Shown: positions 52,101-64,000 of the stretch, piece by piece | Layout: the number at the start of each line of letters is the position of its first letter | Numbering within the stretch: position 1 is the stretch's first letter | NCBI GenBank assembly: GCA_028534125.1 | Contig: CM052816.1 | Coordinates: forward strand, 24,182,001-24,246,000 | Source of the DNA: Lama glama | Taxonomy: Eukaryota | Direction: 5' to 3' | Length of the DNA stretch: 64,000 nt | Notes under the pieces: generated by a model | What the model was told of the DNA's origin: nothing | Seen by the model: the letters and a program-made list of their open reading frames with translations, nothing else | Database searches by the model: none | Translations under genes and position numbers: made by a program

Positions 52101-52634
52101 ATGAGCCACAGTGGCCGGCCAGGAAGAGCAGAGCCCAGAAAGCCTTCCTCCAGGGCCACTCAGCCGTGACTGATCCAGTGAGCTCAGGCTACCCCCAGTT
52201 CCCCGCTACAGAGGCCTCTGAGTTAGGACCTGGCACTTTCGAAGGGGAGGGGGGGGAGAGCGTGCAGTGAGAAAGCTGGGGCTCATGAGTTCCTTCTGCC
52301 CGCTAAGATGGACGGTCATGGTCCCCCTGGCAGACCCCAGGGACAGCAGCAGGGGGAGCCACCGCTGCAGATGCCCACTCCGCCGGGCAGTCCGACGGTA
52401 GAGCACCCGACCCCACTTTCGCCCCCGGGCTCTGCCCAAGTGCCCGGGCACCTTGGATCGAGAAGGGAGCCCAGGTGCCTGGTAAGGTCCCGGCTGCCGG
52501 CACTGTGGGAGGCAGGGGTGAGGAGAGGACGTGTGGTGAACTTTCCAGGAGGCTGGCGGAGTTGGAGTTTTGTTTCGGAGATAACCACCAGACCGCAATC
52601 AGAACCTTTTCAGGGAGCCCGGAGCTCCACTTCT

Positions 52635-52678
52635 GGACCCAGGCCTCCACTGGTACCGGACCCAGGCCTCCACTGGTA
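52635..52678. repeat. Tandem duplication, 21-bp unit at 23-bp period
   Basis: ggacccaggcctccactggta at 52635-52655 and 52658-52678. Confidence 0.9.
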
Positions 52679-53199
52679 GCTGGGTGATCTGGTCCGGGAC
52701 TCACCCTCTTTGGGGCTCGGTTTTCCTCAGACTGCGGGGCCTCCTTTGGGGCCGCCAAATTCCGCACCTCCTGGGGGCGCCAGGGGTGGGCGGTGTCTAC
52801 CGAGTCTCGGACGGCGCTGCGCTCGGGCTCCCCGCTCCACAGAACGCCAACATGCGACGGCTCCGGGAGGCCTCAGGCCTCTTCAGCCATGGGCCTTCGG
52901 GGCCAGCCACTTCCCTTCGGAGGCGCCGGAGTCCCGCCGCAGCCGCCCCCACCGCTCCAGCCCGCAGCCTGTGATCCCCACCGCCGCCAACTTCCCCGCT
53001 GCGGGCGCGTCTCCCCGCCGGCCCTCCGCTGGGGGCGATTGGACGGAGGCGGCGGGGCGGAGCGGGACGCTCGGCACCACCCCGGCCGCCCCTGGCGCTG
53101 GAGCCCCCGCGATTGGCTGCGGGCTTCGCCAGTCACGGGTTGAAGGGCGCCCCGCCCCACGGGGCCGGCCCAGGCTGACTCCGCCCCGCCCGCCGCCGG

Positions 53200-53467
53200 C
53201 CCCGCCTCCCCCCCCCCCCAACCCGGAGCCGGATCGCCTCAGCCCGGCTGTCCGCTTCATTCGCTGAGCAGGTCCATGAATTGTCAGCGCGCTCCAGGCA
53301 GCTACTGAGTCCGGGCGGACGCCCGGCTTGTCTGCTCCCTCCGAGGTGCCTTCCCGAGCCAATGTGCTCCGGTCGGCTACGGCTAGAGCTGTCGCCGGTT
53401 AGGGGCAACTTGGGATTCAGGACCCGCAGCAGGGGAGTCGATTTGCTATCGGGACTCAGCGACAAGG
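53200..53467 (+). other. MARCHF3: Probable first (5'UTR) exon of MARCHF3; TSS approximate
   Basis: Consensus donor AGG|GTGAGT after 53467, downstream of CCAAT/GC boxes; no RING-CH coding exon in the window. Confidence 0.6.
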
Positions 53468-55844
53468 GTGAGTGGCCGAGCACAGGGCAGACGGCTTTTC
53501 TCGGCGCTGTTCTGCCAGCCGGGGGACTGGACGCGTCTTGGCGCGCGTCAGTCAATCCGGCTGAGCGTGGCGGCTGTGGGGAGGTCAGGGCTGGGCAGCA
53601 TTCACTCCTTGCTGGCATCCCCACTCCCGAACTTCTTGTTACAAAGCGTCGCAACTCGGCCCGGGACGCGGCTCTGGGTTCGCAAGAACTTGGCGTGGTG
53701 TAATTGCCATCATTAGGTGGGGCTTGGGGACGCATCCACTGGCCCTCTGCGGCGGCAACACCCGCGCTAGGGGTGGCCTTCGTGCCCAGTGGTGTGTGGA
53801 CAGGAGTTCCTAGATGGCTTGAGGACGGGTTCCTGAAAAATTAACACGCTCTGGAGTCGGTGCGGCGAGATAACCCTATGACTGTGTGCAATACGAAGCC
53901 AGATCCAGCGATCGTAGTGATCCGTTGGGTCTTTAGGGGTCAGAGAACTTAAGTGACCAACCAGGTTCTGTAGCAGGGGCTTCAGTACTTTGCAATTATT
54001 GAAAGGAATTGACAGCACAGATATTAAACTTTGTAAAGTAATTACTTTCTATTAGCATTTGAATCCGCATCCCTTATGAAGTGCTAGGACCTCCACATCC
54101 ACCTGCAAGGTGTGTCGGAAGGATCGGTTAGGACCAACGGGGAGCTGCTGTCTGTCCCAGTGCCCGGGGGCCTGGGATATTCAAGATGAGACCATAAGAG
54201 CGACCACCAGGCTGGTCGGTTGGTGTTTGTTTGAGCACCTGTGTGTTTAAGTGATGAAGTTGTGACAGGAACTGACAACAGATGATTCAAGGTTAAAGCT
54301 GACACTTCATGTTTGTGACTCAGTCTGGGATAGATTTTTTTTCTCTCTCATTGATAAGGAGTAAAAGCAGCGGGTGTTTCTGAGGGCAGTTTCATACATG
54401 TAGCTTATATTATGGTGGACTAAAAAGAACTGAATACAGTATTTTCTTGTAATTGTTATTTGACGTGAATGAGAGTTTATTGAGAGTATTAAGCACAGAC
54501 TTGGGTATAGAACTGGGGAAATATTTTGATCTTTGAAAAATGTATGAAAGCACTGAGATATTTAGCTGTCCATGCACACGGAGATGTACCTAAATGGGTG
54601 TACTTACATGTGTGTATATAACTGATAAGTGAATGAAGTAGAAATAGGGAGGGGGAAACAGCCTTGAACTTGCTCTGGATAGAGAGACGGATCCTATGAT
54701 CTGTGGGTTGTATGTTGAGTGTGTGTGTGTAAGCATGTCTGTATCTGCCTAGTCTGTCTGTCTGGGTCAGTGTATGTCCATGAACTTTATGAGTATTCAA
54801 TTCAATACCACTCGGTGCAGATTCCTGGTTCCTATTTTACAGCCCAGCAGCCACTAGCCAGCCCATCTGTTAAAACATAACATGTACACTTCAGTGGGAG
54901 CACCAGGGTGGAACGTGGGTAGGGGGCAACCCTTAGTAGAAACAACATGCTACAAACAAAGCCTGCCTCTCAAGTCTATTTTCATTTATAATTCAGTCTG
55001 AAGGTGTGATTTTTGTTGAGGAGAAAGGAAGTGTTTGACTTTTCAGAAATGGCCAACTATATTTTTTGAAATAATTACAGGCATGGTTTGGGAAGGGGGA
55101 GTTTACCGGAGGAAAAAAAAATCCCTCTAGAAAAGAAATGTGGTGCTTGTCACACACATTACCATGCAACACTGGTTTACTGCTTTGCAGTAGCATGTAT
55201 ATCAGAAGCTGTTTTCTTTTACTTCTTAAGAGAATACATTAAAACTGAATTGTTTTGCACCAAAAAAAAAATCTTAATAGAAGTAAACAGAGCTTTATTA
55301 CTGAGGCTATTTAATCTACTAGAGCTAAGACTGCCTTAGTAATTCTAATGAAACATGTTTTTAGAAATTCATAACTTGGATATAAATTCATATTCAGTCT
55401 AATCACTAGTTGCAATGGTTCACAATATATAGTTTAAAAATAATAAAAAGCCTTTATCACAAAACTTCTGATGACTAAAAAGGTATGGGAGGAGTATAAC
55501 AGCTTATTAAGTCCCTGCAGCCAAGTGACTGATACTTAAAATAACTATAAATTCCTTTAATAATATGATTACTTTTGGTAACAAAGAAAAGGCAATATTT
55601 TTGAGAGGCATAGTTGATATTTTTCCCAATAATTTTAGGCTCATAATTATATTTTAATAATGGTGTTTATTATATGTGGGTACAATAAACTGGAATCATT
55701 CTTAAGAACTCATCAGAAGAAGTATTATTTTCATTTGTACTATTTTCAGTACATTGCATTGTTTAAAATGTACTTAAACATTTTGGGGAAAATATTCTAA
55801 TCCCTAATCTCTGTCTTTAAATTTCTGATGGGCCATGTAGACAT

Positions 55845-56040
55845 AATAATTCTCCTCCTTGATGTGAGTCACCTGAATCAACTGGGTTATTCCTTAAAGA
55901 TTCAGCTTATGGGCTGGACTCCTATCTCCAAGATGATATTCAGGAGTCTGGAGTTGGGCTTAGGAATCTACATCTTTAACAAGCACCCGCGAGTTATTCT
56001 GATGTCAGGGATCCCCTCACCATACTGTGAGAAGCACTGG
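55845..56040. mobile_element. MER5-like hAT MITE
   Basis: gtctggagttgggcttaggaatctacatctttaacaagcacccgcgagttattctgatg...tgagaagcactg. Confidence 0.75.
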
Positions 56041-57135
56041 AATGGTGTTTATAATATAAAAGAACAATTATAGTCTGTGAGTTGATTCAACAAATAATTG
56101 TTCCAAAATTTCCAGGTGGCATTTACCAGCCTTGTGAAATTTATAGGTAACGTTTTAACTCTCTGCCCTCAACAAAGGCACCTTTTGTCCTGTGTTGAAA
56201 AGTGTTTCTGGAATCCTTAGCTATCCTTATTCCAAGTTATTAGCCTCAATTTCAAGGAAGTCTATCTAGGGAAGCAAGGTAATTTAAGACCCCAACCTGG
56301 CCTGATCCATTCCCTACTCCAAGGCCAGTGGGTTCCTGGGGTGCTCTAGGATGACTCTGCCAGTCCTAACTCATGTTGTCGGGCATTTCTCCCTGGAAAG
56401 GAGAGGAATCCTAGACTTTGAGAGCCATCTTTGACTCATTAAAGCTCTTCCAAGCTTGGGGGCTAGAACCTCAGCAGGGCTAGTACAGACTTATCTGAGT
56501 TCAAGAATCTCCTTGGGAAGCTGTAGCTGGTCTGCCTATTGGTCAGGAGTGTCCAAGAGGCCCAGGAAGTTTCATTTTCAGGAAGTCATCTTAGAATTAT
56601 TTTGAGGTGTCCAATTAAGTGGGCACATAGATTTTTCTTAGTATCACAGAGATGGGTTGAAAATTGATCGTCACCTCTCCTTTCAAATCAGTATGATTCT
56701 GATTCATTAATTATTACCAATTAGCTTTTTCATATGTAGTTTGATACTGACATTTGGATTCTATTCTCCCATTTCAGTCTGGCATAGTTCTCAGTGTGAG
56801 ACTCCTAAAGTTTAAAAGAGAAAGGATCTGTCAGAAATTGTTCTTTCCCTGCTTCTACCATCCAAGAACCTGAAAAACCAAATGACTTCTCACAGGTCAG
56901 AAGTGGCCAGAATATTTACTTCCCTGATCACAAAAGGACATGGATAGGCTGGGACCCTGAACTTGGATTGTTCCAGGCCACTAGATCATTACTGGGACTT
57001 TTACGGAGCAATTTATGTTTTAAGGAGCACTTGGCAGGCATATTTATAGGTCGCTTATCTTAACAATCGTTTAAATGCCATGATTTTTTCCTACTTTGTT
57101 ACAGATGAGCAAACAGCAGCCACAAAAGGATAATA

Positions 57136-57286
57136 TATTTGTCCCTCAGTACCCTTGGGGGATTGGTTCAAGGACCCCCAGCGGATACCCAAATTCGGGG
57201 ATGCTCAAGCCGCTTATATAAAATGGCCTAGTGTAGTCATCATTCCATATCCACGGGTTCCACATCCACAGATACTCAGCCAACTG
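57136..57286 (+). mobile_element. Internally deleted MER2/Tigger MITE
   Basis: ttgtccctcagtacccttgggggattggttcaaggacccccagcggatacccaaattc...gatgctcaag...atataaaatggc, ending agccaactg-ta. Confidence 0.8.
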
Positions 57287-59409
57287 TACTTAGACTGTCT
57301 TTCACATTCAAAGATGACACCAGTAACTGTGAAGTTGGCCTTGCATTTTGAACTGTTTTTATTTAGCTTCATGGTGAGATGACAGTTATGCTTAGTCATT
57401 CATAACATTTAGGGGTTTTTTTTTTCATGTCTTCAAATTTTTTTTATGTTGAATGTGACCCTGGAACAGTTTTCTTTATAAAATTAACCACTATATATAA
57501 TAATTGGTTCAATGATCCTGACCTTAACCATTCAGCCTTGACCCAGAATGGCAAATAAATTTGTGAAAGGTCACAGAGCCAATGGCAGCAAAGCCTATAT
57601 GTAAACTTCTGGGGACTAATATTTTAACCTGTACTGTTTGCATATTGAGTCATGTTATGCAGCTAATAATGTTTCTACACTCCCCCCCAAAAAAAGTTGC
57701 TTATATTTCATTTGCCTGGCTTCTGCATGATTGGGTGGACCTAGAAAATTTCCGAAGCCTAAGGTATAATCACAGCCCCTGATTATACAATGGGACCGGT
57801 TTGTGCCTAGTTGAGAAACTACAGTAGAATACTACTTTTCCTAAAACTGGGCCATAGGTCATTGCAAGTTTCTAAGTAACAATTCTCACTTACTTTTTTT
57901 TTTGGCTATGGGATATGTTTGGCAAAAAGCAAATTCTTTTCAACTTTTTGACCCTTCTTTCCATACCATTATTCCCAGGGTGAAATCCACTTATAAAAAA
58001 TTCACTTTTCAAGTCAATTTGCCCTTTCAACAGCTCCTAATACTTAAATTTTAGTCATTCTGACTCTTTTTCCTCCTAATGCCCCTTAATCTCCTACCTT
58101 CACTTTGGTTTTTTGAATCCAGTAACATCTTCTAATAATAGAATAGCCACTGAGCTACAGAGGTTCTATTCTAGCTTTAAGTTTGTGGATTTAATTATAA
58201 TGATATTAAGAAAAAAGAAAAAGAAGAAAGATAATATTAAAGTCATGTTGAATGTATCATTAGATATTCCCAGCATACAGTTTCCATGGGAAACTTAAGA
58301 TTCAGATGAATGAAGTGACAGAAGAACTCGTCTGTGTCCTTACAGACACTCTTCTGATACAAGCTGAAAAACATAACTGAAGACAGCATCCTGGGTTACA
58401 GAAGAAAAACAAATGTTAAGCTCTGAGAAAAGAACTGGTGCAAAGTGAAGGGTCAGGGCTGGGATGGGTTGGAGAGAGTGGTGAGAAAGAAATACCTCCA
58501 GTAAAATGTTAGACCAGGTGGTAAGAAATTTATAGAGGTGATGATGGTTTGGGGTTTCTTGGGGGCTTTAATTCTGTTTTGTATTGTCTTCACAACCCGC
58601 TCGCCCTGCTTGCTTTAAATAATTTATTATAGCAGCAGGCCTTCCCCGGTTAGTTTCTTTTTTTATATATGTAACTTCTTCCTTCTCATCTCTGGGTCTA
58701 ATCAGAAGCTTGTATAACAGGGCGGCTGCTCTAGAGTACTTAGGAAAACCCGTGATCAATATCGCCACATTATAAACCCATGGCTGTTCTGTTCTATTCT
58801 GCAGTGTTCTCTCCCCTGCTATATTAACTCAGTATCTGTGTTTTAAACAATATTTTATTAATCTTTGCACAATGAGACTTCTGGGCTTATTTTTCTTGGC
58901 TGGAACTATCTTTTGAGTAATCCATCATCAGGCCATTGATCTAATGATGTATTTATTGCTCACTACTGCAGCACTGGCAGGAAACCTAGTATGATTCTAA
59001 AAATTTGATTAAAAAGAAATCAAGTTTTTGCAAGGTGTAGCCATCCAATTATGTTAGCAGCTGCCAAGTATATTTTATGCTAAAGTATACACACATACTT
59101 CAAGTGAACAAAATGTGATCTTTTCTAACACTTTTAAAACATTTTGCTACAAAATAAATGTATCAAGAAGATGCCTCGTAATTAGAAAAATTACAAGTAC
59201 ACTCCCCACCTCAGCCAAAAGTAAGGTATAGTGTTTTTCAGAATATACCCCTAGACAGTAAAATGGATAGGTTTATCTTTTTGATTGACAGTAATAAAAG
59301 CAGTGGTGATAAGAACTAGCTCCTGGTCCTTGAACAATCTTCCAGGTAATCATTACAAGTCAAAATGAATGGAACTGAATTAACATAGTAATCAAGTACC
59401 CATCACGGG

Positions 59410-59645
59410 TAGCCCCTCTTCTCGGCTTAGCTAACTCAAAATGCAGTTCAAGTACCAGCACCTTGGGAAGCTTTTCTATGCCCCTGTTTGACTTGGTTAT
59501 ATACTGCCAGCAGAACCCTTACCTCCTATTATCTCCCCCTCCAGACTGGGAGCCCTTTGAGGACAGGGACCACACCTGTCATCTTACAGCTTTTCAAGAG
59601 AGAGTGCTAGGTACACTAGAGGCTACAAAGAATTACAGGTGAACA
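59410..59645 (+). mobile_element. L2 3' fragment
   Basis: ccagactgggagccctttgaggacagggaccac. Confidence 0.6.
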
Positions 59646-60198
59646 CCTGCAAGGCCTTAAAGGGACATGCACAGAATATTCACCTAAAGTTTGAATGGTA
59701 GTTAATAACTGGATCCTAGTCCCAGACTTTCCACTTTAGTGCCACTCTCAGCACTTCATGTAACTATCATCCAGCCTGCTCCCTCCAGCTTCAAAGTCCC
59801 TCTGCTCCCTTCCACCTTGCCTCCTTCTCTCCCACCTCCCTGTTGTGTCTTCTTCCAGAATGTCTCCAACTCCCCCCTCAACCCTGTCTAGGCCCCCCAC
59901 CATGTTCCTCTGTTGTTCCCTTACCACTTGCCATATCTTAAAAAGGCAGCTGACTCATGGGTCCCCGCTGGAGACTTGGGACGGTCTCACTCTGCCACCA
60001 TTTGAAGTCTCAGATGGCTTGGTTTCTTTTGCATCCAGTGTAGGCCACGGGAGGTTTAGGGGCCTTCAAGGAACTAGCTGGTGCAGGGCCTAGAGGCTGC
60101 TGACAGCCAAAGCTTAACATAATGGGGAAACTTGACATTTTTAAAGTGAAGCTTTTTTTTTTTTTTAAGAATTCCAGCAGACTTTTTATTTCAGAGAC

Positions 60199-60332
60199 TA
60201 AGTTTCATAATCTTTTTCACGCCTTGTGATTCAAGAAGCATCCCTACAAAATCATGTTTATGATGTATAACTTTCATAACATTTTTCACGCCTTGTGATT
60301 CAGGAAGCATCCCTAGTCATGTTTATGATGTA
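60199..60332. repeat. Imperfect tandem duplication (69 bp + 65 bp)
   Basis: taa(g/c)tttcataa..tttttcacgccttgtgattca(a/g)gaagcatcccta..tcatgtttatgatgta occurs twice. Confidence 0.9.
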
Positions 60333-62949
60333 GTCTGAGGGCTTAGATGAGCAGCAGTTCTTAGGTCAGAGTTGGGTGGCTGAGGTGGTGTACAGACTGT
60401 ATGTCCTGGTAGAGTTTATGGATCAGCTGAATTAAGCATAACTGCTTGAGGTCAGGGCCATTAGGACAGCCCTTTTATGTTAGGTCGTAACAGGCTTTAC
60501 ATGACTGCAGGAGATCAAGGACCTCTATTTTCTGTCTCATCTGGGAGATTAAGCCTCACTTAACAGAGGTGCTCTCTTCTCATACCTGCCAAGAAAATAT
60601 CACTGGAAAATTGAGTGGTTACATCTCAAAGTTATTTTGACGTTCAAGGCAACAGAGAAGATGAGCCACCTAGATTAAGATTAGGTCATGGACTGAAATA
60701 CTGGTTTCTTTTGGATCTTGTAAAAGTCAGCAGCCTCTGCCTCTGCATATCCCAGAGTTTCTGCTTTCCCCTAGGAGCTGGGACCTGGGAGCACTGGAGG
60801 GAGGCTGGGGTGTGGTGAAAAGGTAAACATCGGTAGAGCAATACTCCACTCGTCCCCTTCCCTGCATCCAATGGAGGTTCTCCCTGTGGTGCCTGGTCTG
60901 AGCATTTTCTCAAGTCTGCCTTTCAGTGTCCCTAATACCAAATCTTCTTCCTCTTAACGCTTTGTGAACCTGTTACACAAACAGAGGTTCTCACAGTTTT
61001 CAAGTTCCCATCCTTAACCTCCTAAGTTTCCCCAATTTCACCTTCTCTCCTTCATGTAGTCCCACCCTCCAGGAATGTTTTCCTTTCTTTAACATTCTCT
61101 TTCCCTTCTATTCAAGAACTCTACATTGCAAAAGCTCTGTGGCAATCAGTGTTACCATTGATCTTTTCCCTGCAGGAGTAACTGCATTTGTGACCATTTT
61201 CAAAGGATTTTCCTAGAGCATCCCAGTGTATCTTTCTAGTGCTAAGAAAAAAAAAAAAAGAAAATCACCATAAAGTAGCTTCTCCTCACTGGGCTATTAC
61301 ATGCTCCGACAGTCTTACCCTGTGCAAAAGTAATTAGTCTCACAAAACCTCTGTTTTCACCAACTTTACCCATACTTGCCAGTGACACCCAGCCTTACCT
61401 GCCTAATCACTCTTACCACCTCCTGCTCACCTTTTATATCATTAAGAAACAAGACCACTCAGCATCTCTTCTGGCAATAGACATATTCGTTACAACGAAG
61501 GAGATAAAGCTTTCTACAAAAAAACCAACACAGGTACACACAAAACAGAGAAGGCAGAGCTACCCTGATTTCTTTAAAAGCAGGACACATGGACTGATGC
61601 AGTTTTTGTTGATGAGTTCTTAATTTGTTGCTCTAACCACGGCCTATTTCTCTTTTGAGGCTGGCTGACTGCCTTATAGCTAATGTCAACACTTTTTTCT
61701 TTCCCTTCAGAATTATTGCCAATGAGTTTCAGTTTTCCATGTTTCGGTTTCTTTTTCCTGATCGACTTAAACTGTGCTGCTTATATCTCCTCCAGATATT
61801 TCTCTCCCACTTTCCTGCCCCTGACAGCATCTCACCTTTCAGACATCATCCTCACACTGAACAAATTTCCATTTTCGCTGAGATTAATAATGAAGACATT
61901 AAGTGGAATCCTGATAGTGACTCTTTCAAGAGCTAAGGCACCATTTACTATTCTGTTTTAATTATGGTCTCTTAGCAAATTTTCACCAGTTATAATGTTC
62001 ACCCCATTTTCTAAGTAATGTTTCTCAAATACTATACCAAATTATGAAATCCATGTGCATTACACATTCTGCTCTCCATTATGGGCTAAATTTATAATTC
62101 TGTAATTTTCTTGTAGGAAAAATGCTTATTAGACTGGAATGGTTAATTTGGTTTTAAGCCATACTGCTTTTTTGCTTATTGTGAACCATTAGACATTTAT
62201 ATAATCTTTTATTTTACTTCATTCCCAACCCCCAGCAATAGCTCCTTAAGCAATAATTCCACTGCATCCCTTCCCTACACAGTCAGTTATCATCTATGCC
62301 TATTTTGTAAGATGGGTATTTTATTTTACTGGCCCCTAATATTTCCAATTTTAAAATAACTCTCCATAGCTAAACCAAAAACAGCCAATGTCCTATTGTG
62401 ATCATGGTATTTCCTCCTTCTTTTTCAGACAGGTTTACCTCCTCCCTATAAACCACGATACTGCACCTCTTCTCTGGAGTACTCTTGCCTTGCGTGGGAT
62501 CTATGCTAGTCCTATGTGTTCTCTGTTGATATTCTTGTAATTGGATAAGGGTTCCCAATGGCAGCCTTATGGAACAAAAGACCAGTGAGGGGTGAGCTTT
62601 ATCTGCATCTTGGGGGGAAGAAAGAAAGATGTCCTAGACATTCAGGAGATGAAAGTCAAAGTTTCTGAAAGACTAAGAAAGCCAGAGACAGGTTATTTGG
62701 TACCAGCTACACATACGACAGTACCATCTTCCTGTTGTGAGTTCTAGGGAGTTTTCCCCTTGGGCTTTGCTGGGTGACTCTCCCAGTGTGATATCACAAG
62801 TAAAATGCTGTATCACCTCATATCCAGGATTGATGGAGTTCCCTGAGCTAGAGTCAGAAGTCCTACTTCCATTCATAGACCTTCCCAGAGACAAAGGAAC
62901 GAGTGATGTTTCCAAGTGGAAATGCCGTCGTGGAGGTAATGTGCCAGGA

Positions 62950-63436
62950 GGCCTGCACAAAACAAAAGACCCCAACCCAAACTGACCTACACAGCAAGGA
63001 AGTGTACTATCTCATGTGAGAAGTAGGGCAGGCAGTGGGATTGGTTAATTCAGTGGCTCAATACAGACTCCTTTCACCTCTCTGCCAGTGTTGTCCACAG
63101 GGACCATTTCACCTAAGACTGGATCCTTTCTTTTTTGCAAGACAGCTGCAGTCGTGGAGATGTCACTTGCAGGCATTACAGTATCTAAAGCACAGAAGAT
63201 GGATCCCCCTTCCAGGTTCTCCTTTTGAAGAATATGAAAACATTACAGAGAAAAATCTAAGAAGACCTGTCTTCTCATTGATGAGAACAGGATCACAAGC
63301 CCCATGTCTGTATCAGTCACTAGCAAGGGGCTCTCCATCACTGCTTGAGACAGGAAAGAAGTGAACTTGAACAAAATCAGGATTCTGTTAGTAAGAAGTA
63401 TGTGTGTGGAAGTGAGGGGGCAACAGATGCTACCAG
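62950..63436 (-). mobile_element. Old MaLR LTR (MLT1I/J-like)
   Basis: ggttaattcagtggctcaa...ctcattgatgagaacaggatcaca...gaacaaaatcaggattctgttagtaagaag. Confidence 0.6.
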
Positions 63437-63839
63437 GCAGTTGTAATTGTCTACTAAATGTTGTGACTTGAAAAATAACAAATTCTTATGACTGCTGTGT
63501 AGTTGGTAGGTACACTGAACTGCTACACATTTCTGGATACAAAATGACAAGGCTAGGTTGACAAGGAGAGAAAAGCCACAATGCAGACTAATTAAGGACA
63601 GAGAACTGAGCCAAGATCAATAATTATTCTGATTAGAACCACAATAAGCCCTAATGAATCTGAACATACTAATTTATGTCTAGTTGTCCTTAGCAAGTAT
63701 ATGGTCTTTACTGAAAATAAAAAAGATTCATTTGCTTATTTCTCAATAATCCTCTTCTTTCTGATGTATTATTTTACAGTATAGGCCTATTTGAATGTAA
63801 AAATGTTTTATTAATTTTATTTACATTACATAGCATTAA

Positions 63840-64000
63840 CAATAATGATAATTACTGATGATTGTAACCGGTCATTATTTATTGAGCGCCCTTTTATAAA
63901 TTAGGAATTTAGCATCTAAGGAGACGCTAGTAATTTGCTTAGGTCACATGGTGGGCAGGCTAGGATTTAGACTCGGGTTCGTCTGTTTGTGTCCCTTCCC
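63840..64000 (-). mobile_element. MIR SINE
   Basis: agtaatttgcttaggtcacatggtgggcaggctaggatttagactcggg. Confidence 0.65.

Larger units (their letters stand above)
52200..53920 (+). promoter_or_regulatory. MARCHF3: Large CpG island / promoter, probably MARCHF3
   Basis: Very CpG/GC-rich; reverse CCAAT boxes (GATTGG 53037-53042, 53111-53116) and several GC boxes; identity inferred from the recalled mammalian order C5orf63 then MARCHF3 on the same strand. Confidence 0.75.

Noticed and set aside
52206..53735. Many long overlapping ORFs (up to 200 aa) on both strands
   Set aside because: Pro/Arg/Gly/Ala-rich with no recognisable domain; expected from stop-codon depletion in a CpG island.
60199..60332. 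CRISPR-like array or other prokaryotic system
   Set aside because: Only two head-to-tail copies with no spacers; the window is mammalian with no cas or operon-like genes.

Overview
Mammalian genomic DNA, most likely a camelid, judged from a young tRNA-Ala-derived SINE of the Vic-1 type and cetartiodactyl-type L1 3' ends. The window holds one complete + strand gene, the C5orf63 ortholog (glutaredoxin-like, YDR286C family). It has a CpG-island promoter at about 16.1-16.45 kb, three coding exons (27097-27210, 30722-30778, 31434-31610; 115 aa, CPLC motif) and poly(A) signals at about 31.7-32.1 kb. A second large CpG island at about 52.2-53.9 kb with a strong splice donor at 53467/53468 is most likely the promoter and first exon of MARCHF3; this rests on recalled synteny, because no MARCHF3 coding exon is in the window. 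The rest is intergenic or intronic DNA with MIR, L2, L3, L1, MaLR LTR, Tigger and hAT relics; repeat subfamily names come from recalled consensus sequences, not a search. Nearly all ORFs in the supplied track look spurious, and I found no convincing new multi-gene system. The most notable observations are three unusual L1-mediated insertions (a two-family L1 chimera, a 3' transduction and an orphan polyadenylated insert), a consistent mitochondrial signature for C5orf63, and candidate uORF and alternative-splice control in both genes.
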